From Mizuhopecten yessoensis (lineage: Eukaryota), in the NCBI RefSeq assembly GCF_002113885.1, contig NW_018408763.1, forward strand, positions 327,007 through 385,082: a stretch of 58,076 bases of DNA, written 5' to 3'. This document shows, piece by piece, positions 1-13,126 of this stretch. Position numbers and translations under genes: made by a program. The notes beneath the pieces were generated by a model. The model searched no databases and was not told the DNA's origin. It was given only the letters and a program-made list of their open reading frames with translations. The first letter of the stretch is position 1. Each line of letters opens with the position of its first letter.

Positions 1-1245
1 TTTTTTGAGAGAAAACAACTTTCTCATGTAACGGGCACACAGGGAAGGTCTCAGGGATATGCTTCAAAGAAATCTACAAAATTATCTAAATTGGACATAA
101 ATTAGTGGATACCGTAGTTGTTCCTATGGTAACTCTCTGCAGTAGATACTGTATCTATTCTCAGTTACCTCCCCTTGAACATGTACACTTGTACTGTATC
201 TACACTTGTACTGTACGTATCTTAATGAAACACCCTAACAAAAAGTATATGAAAAGACTCAGATAAAGTTTGGAAAGTGTAGACTTGTCTAAATAAAATA
301 TAAATACATAGGTACAAACTAAATTATCTACTCGAACCAACCCTTAATTTAACTTAATTTAAAAAAAGTATAAAAATTCAGCCCAGGTTGTAAAATCTCA
401 CAAATGTACACTCATACCTGCCATTGAGTACATTTTTATATTTAAAGAAAAACTGAACACGATATGATGGTAGATAGAATTCCTATGCCGTGATTTTTGG
501 TTTCTCTGACGTAAGCGGCCTTCAGTGTACTAGAACACACAAACACTGTAGCACATGTCGGACTCCTCTACATCTGTTGTCTTATCAGTCAAATTAATCA
601 CTTAACAGATCTGCTGATTCCTGCACCAATGTTGCACGAGCAAGCCAGACTTGGAGACAAGTGTAATTAGACCTCACTGATCCCTCCCCCAGAATGTAAC
701 CCACCCCCNGATACTCATTTACTTGATTGACAGAATGCCGTAGCATTACACATAGGGTCTGGTCTGAATGTGTGAATGTTTTTACGATGATAGTCCTTAA
801 CAGCAACAGGTTCATTATCAAAGTTCCTTTTCTATCAATTTCCAACCACAAGAACATAATTTGCATATGAAATATTGTTGATTGGTTGAAAATTTGAGAT
901 CCCTCCTAGCACCTTTAGACAAAATATGGCTGAAAATGATTCCAAAATGATTCCAAAAAGATTTTTTATTTTAAACTTATATAAATGTTAATTGATATAA
1001 CCATTTTCTTTATGCTGAAATAATGGACTGTTCAACCAATCACAAATTAAGTCTTTAAAATAATTACTTTTAATATCATTTACATCTCAAATCTGAAGCA
1101 TATTTTATTATTTCAAACAATAATTCTCATATCCAATATGAAATATATATCATATTAAATGAGCAACTTGATTGTTTGGTAAGATTTTATGACCATTTTC
1201 CTGCCGATAGAGAGAAGAGGTAAGAAATGGAGAGACGAATATTAC
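1..1245 (-). other. Downstream intron of the RBPMS/cpo-like gene (runs off the window)
   Basis: GT donor at 1245-1244. The expected next RRM exon (GYEGSL-like) is not seen in 1-1245. Confidence 0.75.
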
Positions 1246-1323
1246 CTCGTAGGTCCTAAATAACAGGTATAATTCACGGGGTTTTGCGTCCATGGGAAGA
1301 CCACTGACAAATAAGGTCCGCAC
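1246..1323 (-). CDS. RBPMS: Internal coding exon (78 bp, phase 0/0) of an RBPMS/couch potato/MEC-8 family RRM RNA-binding protein; start of the RRM including RNP2 (LFVSGL)
   Basis: Minus strand reads ttttcttttcttctgatttttcag|GTG CGG ACC TTA TTT GTC AGT GGT CTT CCC ATG GAC GCA AAA CCC CGT GAA TTA TAC CTG TTA TTT AGG ACC TAC GAG|gtaata = [26 protein letters not shown]. This is the family signature (vertebrate [28 protein letters not shown]; cpo [23 protein letters not shown]). It has a polypyrimidine tract, AG acceptor and GT donor. Confidence 0.95.
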
Positions 1324-1373
1324 CTGAAAAATCAGAAGAAAAGAAAATATGACATATAATTCAACACTTTTGA

Positions 1374-1461
1374 TAAACATTCACCCCTGAAATTCCAAAT
1401 GAGCTATTCCAACCTTTGAATCGGAGGATTACAAATGTGTCTTCAGGGGTGAATGAGTTAA
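1374..1461. mobile_element. 83-bp TTAA hairpin MITE, subfamily A (left end degenerate)
   Basis: cattcacccctgaa...ttcaggggtgaatgagttaa; lies about 50 bp from the splice acceptor. Confidence 0.85.
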
Positions 1462-2549
1462 TCAGATTTTGAACAATATAATTAACTCTTTATCTTTTGG
1501 AAAATATTTCCATTTTAGATGATTTTAATTTGATTGATTTTTTTCCAGATTTTGATTTGGAAACTAAGATGATTTATAATAAAACTGATAAATTAACGTA
1601 AAAGTATTAGAAAACAATTATAATGAGAACTGGTAACGGTAATACTTTAGATTTAATAACGATAATATCAACATTGTGCATCATGGTACCATACAACAGA
1701 CAGACAAGCCTAAGACACCAATGCTGGATCTCGTCTTAGAATTCTAAATATTAAACTGTTTTAGGAATTTAACAAGTCAGATCTGTAAAGTGCAGATTAT
1801 AAGTAAGCCCTTCACAAACTACATTTATAAAGCAGGGTTATACTGGTGTTTACTATTATTTCAGATTTTTTGGATAATTTTGTCCACAGTCATTCAATCA
1901 ACTACCTGTATTACCATTTCTTCAAATTAACGTTTTATATCAAAGCTTTAGAGGAGATGAAGAAAACAATAGGATATCTTACACTAGAATTCTTCAGTCC
2001 TAGATTTTCACTAACAACCATTCAGCATTTCTATTAATGTGGCATAAATCAAACTCAACAAGAAGCTTTCTTCCAAGATTCAGAAAGACACAGAGTAAAA
2101 CAGTGACACGAACCAACGTATTAAATCTTGCTAAAACATATACAGCATTATAACTCTATCATCAAAGTCTGGTAGTGTTGTCTGGGCATTTATTACAAAC
2201 ATTTCGGCCCCTGTATTAGTCAATGTCACAGAGAAGCTTTACTTAAAGACACACACGACTAACAAGCAATACATTTGGTAACGAAATGTAACACGAAACA
2301 ACAATGTCGGCATAAAATTGTCGTTTGTTCGTCGGATCTCCATGGTGATCCTTTTATTCTCAATGATGTTGTAACCACATGTTTTCGTTAATTGAGCGAT
2401 GAAGCTTTCAACATGATACCGACATAACTCTTGTTAATTATACCTATAAAAACACTACTGTGCTTTCTCTCAAGTTACGGTGAATACTCTCCAGCTTATT
2501 CTCTGCTTACCATTGTACTATAAAAATATCAAATCCACCTAACTTTATT

Positions 2550-2715
2550 ACATATGACCATCTGGTGCATTTAGATGGGGCCCAAAGAACCACACCCACC
2601 ACACTTTTTAAATGTGACCATGTATGCTATAGATTTGGACCAAAGAATCACATCCTGAAGACTTTTTAAATGTGCATGACCATGTGGATTTAGAGGGGCG
2701 AAAAGAGCAAATTCC
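2550..2715. repeat. Degenerate ~60-bp tandem repeat, 3 copies
   Basis: tgaccat...ttaga..ggg.ccaaagaa...actttttaaatgtg recurs. Confidence 0.6.
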
Positions 2716-3435
2716 TCCTCAAATCCTGGATTTTTTTAAATTTTTGGTCTCGCAGGTATTTTCTGGATATCTTACTATATATCTGTCCCTTCTAATTGAC
2801 AGATTCTAATTACCCGCTAGTACTAGACTGTGTTGAGTATGTGGTACTCTTCTACTTATGTTTGTAACAATGTAATGATAATTACTTATAATTATCACTC
2901 TAACCTTCCATCCTCTTGTGTCGATTTATATTCTATATCGCAGAACAAAGTCTTAAAATATCCAGAAAGTCATCTGACGATACAGACGGCGCAATTAACT
3001 GTCCAGAACTAGGTCACAAAGACACTGAAGAAAAATCTGAGATAAGTCGCGTTACGAACAAGTCTTCAATTTGCCTTCGTAATATTGCGAACCTTTACTG
3101 TAATTCTGTTGCTTCACATTGCAGCACAATGTTGATGGCAGCGGAGTGACACCTCCGGATGATTGCTACACGAGTGGATCACAATACTAACACTAACCGC
3201 CATAGCCTTCCCATTGGACCAATAGAATGCTGCTCTAAATCCCCCATTGTTCGATTACCTCCAAATTTGATTTAGAACGGAAAACCACAACTAGACAATT
3301 CCCAGCGTTTGTTCCAGTACGTAAAATGGTTCGCGGTGTGGAAAGACAAAAGAAGTTATTCAATTATCTCAAGTCTAGCTAATTTGTAAGAGATCATCTC
3401 ACTGTTATTGAGTTCTGTTGTAGTAAGGTTTATAA

Positions 3436-4720
3436 AGGGACTAGGGGAAACAGGAACCACAGACACTAAAGGGTACAGCCCACTTATACAGAGTATACAC
3501 CAGATTTGCATAGGGACTAGGGGAAACAGGAACCACAGACACTAAAGGGTACAGCCCACTTATACAGAGTATACATCAGATTTGTATAGGGACTAGGGGA
3601 AACAGGAAACCATAGACACTAAAGGGTACAGTCCACTTATACAGAGTATACACCAGATTTGTATAGGGACTAGGGGAAACAGGAACCACAGACACTAAAG
3701 GGTACAGCCCACTTATACAGAGTATACATCAGATTTGTATAGGGACTAGGGGAAACAGGAAACCATAGACACTGAAGGGTACAGCCCACTTATGTAGGGA
3801 GCTGTGTTAGGGGAAACAGGAACCACAGACACTAAAGGGTACAGCCCACTTATACAGAGTATCCACCAGATTTGTATAGGGACTAGGGGAAACAGGAACC
3901 ACAGACACTAAAGGGTACAGCCCACTTATACAGAGTATCCACCAGATTTGTATAGGGACTAGGGGAAACAGGAAACCATAGACACTGAAGGGTACAGCCC
4001 ACTTATGTAGGGAGCTGTGTTAGGGGAAACAGGAACCACAGACACTAAAGGGTACAGCCCACTTATACAGAGTATCCACCAGATTTGTATAGGGACTAGG
4101 GGAAACAGGAACCACAGACACTAAAGGGTACAGCCCACTTATACAGAGTATCCACCAGATTTGTATAGGGACTAGGGGAAACAGGAACCACAGACACTAA
4201 AGGGTACAGCCCACTTATACAGAGTATCCACCAGATTTGTATAGGGACTAGGGGAAACAGGAAACCATAGACACTAAAGGGTACAGTCCACTTATACAGA
4301 GTATACACCAGATTTGCATAGGGACTGGGGGAAACAGGAAACCATAGAAACTGAAGGATACAGCAGACTATATAGGGATCTGTTTTAGGGGAAACAGGAA
4401 ACCATAGAAACTGAAGGATACAGCAGACTATATAGGGATCTGTTTTAGGGGAAACAGGAAACCATAGAAACTGAAGGATACAGCAGACTATATAGGGAGC
4501 TGTGTTAGGGGAAACAGGAACCACAGACACTAAAGGGTACAGCCCACTTATACAGAGTATACACCAGATTTGCATAGGGACTAGGGGAAACAGGAAACCA
4601 TAGAAACTGAAGGATACAGCAGACTATATAGGGAGCTGTGTTAGGGGAAACAGGAAACCATAGAAACTGAAGGATACAGCAGACGTATACAGAGTATACA
4701 CCAGATTTATATAGGTACTC
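3436..4720. repeat. Composite satellite of 76/77-bp and 60-bp units
   Basis: Unit agggactaggggaaacaggaaccacagacactaaagggtacagcccacttatacagagtatacaccagatttgtat (3436, 3512, ...), interleaved with a 60-bp variant. Confidence 0.95.
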
Positions 4721-4924
4721 ATGGATACAGTAGTCTTATATAGGAAGATACAGCAGGCTTATACAAGAGACCCAGCAAACTGGGGATACAGGATATTTCT
4801 GACAAACAGTGAAGAATACAGTAGACTTGAAATATATACCAGGTCTATATCGGAAGATACAGGAAAATTTATATAGAAGCATACAGGAGATTCATGAAGA
4901 GGGGGATACAGGATATTTATATAG

Positions 4925-6912
4925 AGGGATACAAGAGATTTATAGAAAGGGATAAAGGAGATTTATAGAGAGGGATACAGGAGATTTATAGAGATGGATA
5001 CAGGAGATTTATAGAGAGGGATAAAGGAGATTTATAGAGAGGGATACGGGAGATTTATAGAGAGGGATAAAGGAGACTTATAGAGAGGGATAAAGGAGAT
5101 TTATAGAGAGGGATACGGGAGATTTATAGAGAGGGATAAAGGAGACTTATAGAGAGGGATACGGGAGATTTATAGAGAGGGATAAAGGAGACTTATAGAG
5201 AGGGATACAGGAGATTTATAGAGAGGGATAAAGGAGACTTATAGAGAGGGATAAAGGAGATTTATAGAGAGGGATACGGGAGATTTATAGAGAGGGATAA
5301 AGGAGATTTATAGAGAGGGATACGGGAGATTTATAGAGAGGGATAAAGGAGACTTATAGAGAGGGATACGGGAGATTTATAGAGAGGGATAAAGGAGACT
5401 TATAGAGAGGGATACAGGAGATTTATAGAGAGGGATAAAGGAGACTTATAGAGAGGGATAAAGGAGATTTATAGAGAGGGATACGGGAGATTTATAGAGA
5501 GGGATAAAGGAGATTTATAGAGAGGGATACGGGAGATTTATAGAGAGGGATAAAGGAGACTTATAGAGAGGGATACGGGAGATTTATAGAGAGGGATAAA
5601 GGAGACTTATAGAGAGGGATACAGGAGATTTATAGAGAGGGATAAAGGAGACTTATAGAGAGGGATAAAGGAGATTTATAGAGAGGGATACGGGAGATTT
5701 ATAGAGAGGGATAAAGGAGATTTATAGAGAGGGATACAGGAGATTTATAGAGAGGGATACGGGAGATTTATAGAGAGGGATAAAGGAGACTTATAGAGAG
5801 GGATACGGGAGATTTATAGAGAGGGATAAAGGAGACTTATAGAGAGGGATACAGGAGATTTATAGAGAGGGATAAAGGAGACTTATAGAGAGGGATAAAG
5901 GAGATTTATAGAGAGGGATACGGGAGATTTATAGAGAGGGATAAAGGAGATTTATAGAGAGGGATACGGGAGATTTATAGAGAGGGATAAAGGAGACTTA
6001 TAGAGAGGGATACGGGAGATTTATAGAGAGGGATAAAGGAGACTTATAGAGAGGGATACAGGAGATTTATAGAGAGGGATAAAGGAGACTTATAGAGAGG
6101 GATAAAGGAGATTTATAGAGAGGGATACGGGAGATTTATAGAGAGGGATAAAGGAGATTTATAGAGAGGGATACGGGAGATTTATAGAGAGGGATAAAGG
6201 AGACTTATAGAGAGGGATACGGGAGATTTATAGAGAGGGATAAAGGAGACTTATAGAGAGGGATACAGGAGATTTATAGAGAGGGATAAAGGAGACTTAT
6301 AGAGAGGGATAAAGGAGATTTATAGAGAGGGATACGGGAGATTTATAGAGAGGGATAAAGGAGATTTATAGAGAGGGATACGGGAGATTTATAGAGAGGG
6401 ATAAAGGAGACTTATAGAGAGGGATACAGGAGATTTATAGAGAGGGATAAAGGAGACTTATAGAGAGGGATAAAGGAGATTTATAGAGAGGGATACAGGA
6501 GATTTATAGAGAGGGATACAGGAGATTTATAGAGAGGGATACGGGAGATTTATAGAGAGGGATAAAGGAGACTTATAGAGAGGGATACGGGAGATTTATA
6601 GAGAGGGATAAAGGAGACTTATAGAGAGGGATACAGGAGATTTATAGAGAGGGATAAAGGAGACTTATAGAGAGGGATAAAGGAGATTTATAGAGAGGGA
6701 TACGGGAGATTTATAGAGAGGGATAAAGGAGACTTATAGAGAGGGATACAGGAGATTTATAGAGAGGGATAAAGGAGACTTATAGAGAGGGATAAAGGAG
6801 ATTTATAGAGAGGGATACGGGAGATTTATAGAGAGGGATAAAGGAGACTTATAGAGAGGGATACGGGAGATTTATAGAGAGGGATAAAGGAGACTTATAG
6901 AGAGGGATACAG
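4925..6912. repeat. 23-bp purine-rich minisatellite (~86 copies) with a 9-mer (207-bp) higher-order period
   Basis: Unit agagagggata(aa/ca/cg)ggaga(t/c)ttat. Confidence 0.97.
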
Positions 6913-7279
6913 GAAATGTATATAGAGGGACACAGAAGACTATATAGGGCAGTGATATAAATGGGAGTGCCTTATAAATGATACAGCAGACATTGTATAG
7001 AGGTTGTTGAACTTGGTCATGGTACTGGTTGTAGACACATACAAATGTTTGGTTATTAATTGGATAAAACAGATATATACTTTAAACGCTGTTATACACA
7101 ACCAAATGTGATGACGTCTATTGATTTTAAATACTGTCAATGCTGCCTGATCGGATAAAAACGGATAAAAACATCATCAAAGACGACAAGAGCTGGAATT
7201 AGAGTCAATGTCTGGTCTGTCATCAATAAACATTACAAGGAATCTCCTTGCAGTAAAAATAGATCTAGGTCACCAACGG

Positions 7280-7630
7280 GGACGGAAACGAGAATGAGGC
7301 AGACAGAGACGGTGACAGGGATAGAAAGAGAGATAGAGAGATAGAGAAAGAGGAGCAAAAAGGAAGGACAAGACAAACAGAGAGGGAAAAGAGAAGGAGA
7401 CAGATAGATAAAGGGAGGAAAGACGGATGAAATTGAAAGGAACGGAGATACACACAGATATAGAAGAGAGATGGAGAAAGAGATAGAAAGAAAGACAGGA
7501 AGAGAGGGGGAAAGACAGAGACGGAAAGGAAGAAAGAGACAAACAGAGAGGGAAGAGAGATGTGAGACGGGGATAGAAAGATAGGAAGAGATCAGGAAAG
7601 AGAGAGAAGACATTAAAAGAGTTAAGGACA
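7280..7630. repeat. GA-rich low-complexity tract
   Basis: Almost entirely A/G on the + strand. Confidence 0.85.
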
Positions 7631-8284
7631 AATCTTCTGGAATGTTTTCTTAATTACAGTAATGCTTTTACTAAGGAAAATTTTAGTGCAAAAAAATAAA
7701 TTTCTTCAAGTTATGGAAGGGTTTGTAAAATTGGGGTCATTGTATGTGTTAAACATTATAAGTAAATTACAGCAAGACTACAGATGAGAGAACTAATACA
7801 CTGATAATTGTAATACACAAACATTGTTTAACAATGAATTAAAGTACATCAAGACATCAATATCTTTATAATCAGAGATGGAATATACTGGGATTTTTTC
7901 TTGGAAGGTTAAACAAATTTGTCTTGTTGAATTTAATCAATCACCGATATCTTTCTTTGAATGAATAGAACTGATGGGAATAATGTACTCGGAAACCCAG
8001 CTTGATAAATCACGAAAGTATAAACATACATTTCCCTAAAGAACGTAAAACAAAACTGCGACCAAAACACATTAAAAAATATAGATTTCTCAATACACTG
8101 TATGTTTTAAAATCGATTTTTGGCACAATTTCCCAAGCATGTAAAATTGATAATCTGAGAAAATGTTTAGAAGCAATATAAGGTTTATCTGAATTTGGAA
8201 GTGGAACCTCATTACAACGATACATTGATTTTATCTTTACTGGGGGAGTTATTTCCCTTAGAGGGAATTTCTAGTATCTATATA

Positions 8285-8375
8285 TTAACCCATTCACCCC
8301 TGAAGACACATATGAACTCTTCCATTTCAAAAATTGGAATAGTTCATTATAAAATTTCAGGGGTGAATGAGTTAA
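8285..8375. mobile_element. 83-bp TTAA hairpin MITE, subfamily A (reverse orientation)
   Basis: ttaa-cccattcacccctgaagacaca...ttcaggggtgaatgag-ttaa; 91 bp including both TTAA. Confidence 0.9.
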
Positions 8376-8940
8376 AGAGAACATTATAGCTTACCGTTTT
8401 ATTCCCATATAAGGAATGCAGAGACTCATTTGTATACAAACTCAAGAATATTTACCACAACAATAAAAATAAAAATTACGATATTTTCAAGGTTTACACA
8501 GAAATATCATAGCTGGCATGGGAATGTTCATCCATTTTTTTAAATCAGATCAGGGTATGTATACAATCTCTGGAGTCTACCTTCGCCCAAAGACGTCCCC
8601 TTCAAATTTGTCCATCCTTCCTTAATATTGTTATAAAATCCCAAAACATTGGCAAGATCATGAAAGATAAAGAATAATAAAAAAATTGCGATATCTTGTT
8701 GCGTCCTCGGAGATTTTTTTGAAGGAAATAAATACGTATACCTAGTCCCCTACGTGTCGTCGACTCCTTCAACTCACGAATGTAGAATTTTATCCAATCA
8801 ACAGAAGTTCTGATGTCTGCTCCCGTGGGAGTGATATCGCTGGCGAGTACAGAGTTTGGCATAAGAACAATAACCACAGAGAGAAATTTGGAGGTATATG
8901 GTCCGTATACAATTGAAATACAATAATAGATACATCATGT

Positions 8941-9072
8941 TACATTGTAGTGCCTTGTGATCGTAACCTCTCTACACCAACGTCACATTGTAGTGCCTTG
9001 TGATCGTAACCTCTCTACACCAACAACACATTGTAGTGCCTTGTGATCACAACCTCTCTACACCAACGTCAC
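8941..9072. repeat. 43-bp tandem repeat, 3 copies
   Basis: cacattgtagtgccttgtgatcgtaacctctctacaccaacgt. Confidence 0.9.
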
Positions 9073-9254
9073 AATCAACGGCATGGGTGTGTTAATTCTC
9101 TCTATACCAACTACCAGTATGGGTGTGTTTATTCAACACCATGCAATGTTTTCTATTATATTTTAATAAAGTTTATATTTTTATCATATGGATAATGTAA
9201 ACTTAAATATTTTATCGGTAAAGTTATTTTAACGCTTAATGTATTTTAAAAATT

Positions 9255-9396
9255 ATTTAAATTATGACGGTGCTAATCTAAGTTAAATTATAATTGTGTT
9301 AATCTAAGTTAAATTATAACTGTGCTTATCTAAGTTAAATTATGACGGTGCTAAATCTGAGCTAATTTATAACTGTGCTTATCTAAGTTAAATTAT
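9255..9396. repeat. ~26-bp AT-rich tandem repeat, ~5 copies
   Basis: tgctaatctaagttaaattataactg variants. Confidence 0.8.
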
Positions 9397-10139
9397 TCAT
9401 AAAAGTTCAATTCTTTTCCTATGACTTCAAGTTGTTGAAATGTAGAATGACTTAGCATCAGAAATTATCTTCGAAGACGATGATTATACAAAGCCCCCTT
9501 TTTCATAGGATTTCCACCGTAGCATTGAACAGTTAGCTAGGAGAGGAAAAATTGTACACTAATTTAAAAATGATAATATATTTGTTTGTGATTATAAATA
9601 AATAGCCTCCCCCAGACCCAAAGAACAATGATCTCCTATGTTTAATTGAAAATATTGATTTTACAATAAATGTATCGTGTCATTTCGGATTCTCTCAGGA
9701 CTTTTCCTGTATCTCCTACTCTATGTATTACAATTATGAACGTGTGACGTGGGAAATGAAGACGTATGCCGTGTGTTAGACACAGAACCCATGGCTATAT
9801 ATATGGGGGGATGGGAGGGGGAGGGGGTGGGGGAGGGGGCATGGGAGGAGGAAATTCCCAATGTGAAGCAATTTCGGTCTCGGTCATCAGCCCAAATGAA
9901 TATTTATTTCAAGGTTACCTATTGTGTTGTTTTTATCCTGCTTTGATGAGAAAGAAACAAAATGGAGGCAGTGCTCAATGACAGACATCTTGTATCCGTC
10001 TCCCGATTTGGTTCCCCTTGTTTGATGAGAACAAAGTAAGACGGAGGCATTGTTTATTTACAGAGGTACTGTTTGACCATAAAATAGGTAGGGAATACAG
10101 ATCCCTGATTACAAACAGCCATTGATTCATATAAATATA

Positions 10140-10362
10140 AGCTGTATTCCTTTTACAACAATTACGAGACAACTTATTACAACTAAGCAATATTAATCAG
10201 TCTTGTTGGCACGGATGTTAGCATGCTGGTGGTCTTAATGTGCCCACGTAGTCGGGCAGTTGAACCCATACCTTCCATCACGCCCGATCGTCCGATCATG
10301 GAATCAAACCCCTGCCGCCTTGGTGAAGGGCGAGGGCGATATCCACTGCCTCACCTAACTAT
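10140..10362 (-). mobile_element. Degenerate tRNA-derived SINE
   Basis: The minus strand begins ggtgaggcagtggat (A-box-like), then cccttcaccaaggcggcagg, then ggtttgattcc (B-box-like, 10300-10310). A GC-richer body and an AT-rich tail follow. Confidence 0.65.
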
Positions 10363-11266
10363 CCAGTGAATCCATATGCTTTAGTTCATTTCGGTTTCAG
10401 GATACCTTATGGTATACTGAGAATATACTTTATGGAAAGATTAGGCTTAAGGAGTTGCTACTATTCATTTTACTTCAGTTATTGACTTCTGCTGGCGTGA
10501 TTGAATGCAATTATTAGATAAGAAAGAAACAGATATGGTTTGCTTAAGGCGTTGCTACACTTCGTTTTATTTTAATTTTTGATAACCTGTTTGTATGATT
10601 TCCCTACGCTTGTCAGTTAACAGAAGAGCAGAGTTTTAAATCATTAAGTTCATGTCCTTATCGGGTATATGTTCTAGGTAAATAAAAACGAAATTTTCGT
10701 GATATTGGATTTAACAGGTTAAACAAAAACTCCATGTAACGTATTAGGCAGGCCTGAAGTGTTCACTAAGTGTTTTGATAGTTACCTCTGAGGTAAAATA
10801 CCACTGTAACAAACGCCTTGTCAGGACATTGTAGTGTTTTAACCCAAACTCTCTTGACATGTCGTCAAGGACGACTTAACTATCGTAAAACTCTGGTGAG
10901 TAAGTGTAAAGAACGTAATGAAAGTTTTTATGTCGATAAATCCACAAAGTAAAAATAAACCCCACTTTCTAACACATTAAAATCCCCGGGATTACACGAA
11001 AAGCTGGTCGTAAATACCACCGTCCATCACTCGTCTGAAACTTTAAAGGAGTCAAGTTATTTAGACCAAAATGTTTGACATTATATCACGCCATGGAAAC
11101 TTTTAAGACAGATGTCAACAAGGTGCCATCTTGTTTCACCATGGTGACAAGACTGTCAACCAAAACTCCTTAAAACCAGCTATAAACAATTTAATGCAGT
11201 ACTTGATTGTTTAACTCCCCAGTGCTTTAGTTTTTGTTTGGAAGAATTAGTGCGGCACTTAAGGAT

Positions 11267-11357
11267 TTAACTCATTCACCCCTGACATTTCATAATGAAC
11301 TATTCCAACCTTTGATTTGGGAAAGTTCAAATGTGACTTCAGGGGTGAATGGGTTAG
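11267..11357. mobile_element. 83-bp TTAA hairpin MITE, subfamily A
   Basis: ttaactcattcacccctgacatttcataatgaactattccaac...ttcaggggtgaatgggttag. Confidence 0.9.
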
Positions 11358-11779
11358 TGTTACTCGTTTAATTAGTTATTTATCAAGGCAACAAATTTTG
11401 CACAGACTTGATTTATGTTCTACTTTAATATTCTAAACATTTTTAATTGCTTGATTTAATGCAAAATGAAGAAAAAATAATTTTTTTTCTAAAATTCTTT
11501 TATCTAATTATTCATTAAAGTACATACAAAATTTATTGGATGATTCTTTTAATTTAATGCTGATTGAAGAAACAAAAATTTGAAAACAGTCGCCTAAGGT
11601 TGGCTAAGGAAATATATGGCGTGGAAATTAAGTATATCACAGTTTGAGAATACTTCAATAGTACATAAGATGTGCTATAGTGCAAAGTCAATCTCGGAAT
11701 AATTAATGTCTGATCCTGTATAAAGGATAAGTTATTAGCTTACAGGGACCATTAGGACTTTAGGAGAACATTGATAGGA

Positions 11780-12170
11780 GGGGCAGGACTTTAGTTTTTG
11801 GCTACACAAAGGGTTTGGGGGTGGTAGGGGACAGAAATCGAGTTATTGGCTACACAAAGGGTTTGGGGGTGGGAGGGGACAGAAGTCGAGTTATTGGCTA
11901 CAAACAGGGTTTGGGGGTGAGAGGAAATCGACAGAAATCGAGTTATTGGCTACAAACAGGGTTTGGGGTGGGAGGGGACAGAAATCGAGTTATTGGCTAC
12001 AAACAGGGTTTAGGGTGGGGGTGGGGAGGGGTCACAAAAGTCAAGTTATTGGCAACAGAATGCATTAGTAAAGACAGAACTCAAGTTGTTGACTACACAA
12101 AGGGTTTTGGGAAGAGGGGACAGAGTTTATGTTGTTGGCTATAAAATTTCATCAGGAGAAAGACTGAAGT
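11780..12170. repeat. ~48-bp G-rich tandem repeat, degenerate toward the ends
   Basis: gagttattggctacaaacagggtttgggggtgggaggggacagaaatc. Confidence 0.85.
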
Positions 12171-12880
12171 TGATGACTTCCACCCCCAATGATAGGGGAA
12201 CAGAACCTGGCCTCACTTATAAAAACAGACACCCAAAAGAAAGTTAATGATCCTAAGCCAACACTGGTAGCTGTCGTGTTAATAATTCCACTGGTAACCA
12301 AGACAAACCTTTAAGTCTTCCTTTGTGAATTTTAAATTGTGCTCAAGTGACCATTGTGTTGCCCATTCTCGTTATATTCAATTTAAAAATGTGTAAACAT
12401 AATGCCATCGTCGGTGTGGTAATATAATCAAATTGATTGGCGTTATCAGATCATCTTTTTATCTAGGACAATATTGACGAGTTTCTATAGAGAACAGTTT
12501 ATTAGAAAGTCAATAATGTTCACAAGTCCTCATACACGTGGCCAGAATAACAACGATCTTATTCAAATGGCAGATTTCTTTCAAATAGAAATTTTATCTA
12601 CGGTTTACTTTGATTCTAATTTCAACAGGTAACTGAAAACTGGGGTAATCAATTTTGTCAATGCATGGATAACTATATATCCCAACAAAATATACAGGGA
12701 AGCCTTGACAAATTCAGTCAATGGATGTCTGCTTTGGACCGTAAATATGTTCAAGGTTTGTTGTCATGCCAATTTATATATTGGTAGGAGGTAAGGGGAT
12801 ATGAGGAAGAGGCAAAGGTTGGAGATAGTGTGTTGGGTATAGGAGTTAGTTGGGGACAGGAACAGGGTTGGTGGGGGGGG

Positions 12881-13126
12881 NNNNNNNNNNNNNNNNNNNN
12901 NNNNNNNNNNNNNNNNNNNNNNNNNNNNNNNNNNNNNNNNNNNNNNNNNNNNNNNNNNNNNNNNNNNNNNNNNNNNNNNNNNNNNNNNNNNNNNNNNNNN
13001 NNNNNNNNNNNNNNNNNNNNNNNNNNNNNNNNNNNNNNNNNNNNNNNNNNNNNNNNNNNNNNNNNNNNNNNNNNNNNNNNNNNNNNNNNNNNNNNNNNNN
13101 NNNNNNNNNNNNNNNNNNNNNNNNNN
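12881..13126. other. Assembly gap flanked by poly-G
   Basis: 246 Ns between G runs. Confidence 0.99.

Noticed and set aside
1150-1380. 76-aa ORF as a complete gene
   Set aside because: Only 1246-1323 matches the RRM family and it is bounded by canonical splice sites; the flanks are read-through intron.
7170-7631. Possible coding segment or upstream exon near the GA-rich tract
   Set aside because: Low-complexity translations, with no family similarity or convincing splice sites.
8285-8375. 83-bp hairpins as integron attC sites (TAAC...GTTA ends)
   Set aside because: The ends follow trivially from TTAA plus a C-starting TIR. There are no gene cassettes or integrase, orientations are mixed, and the DNA is eukaryotic.
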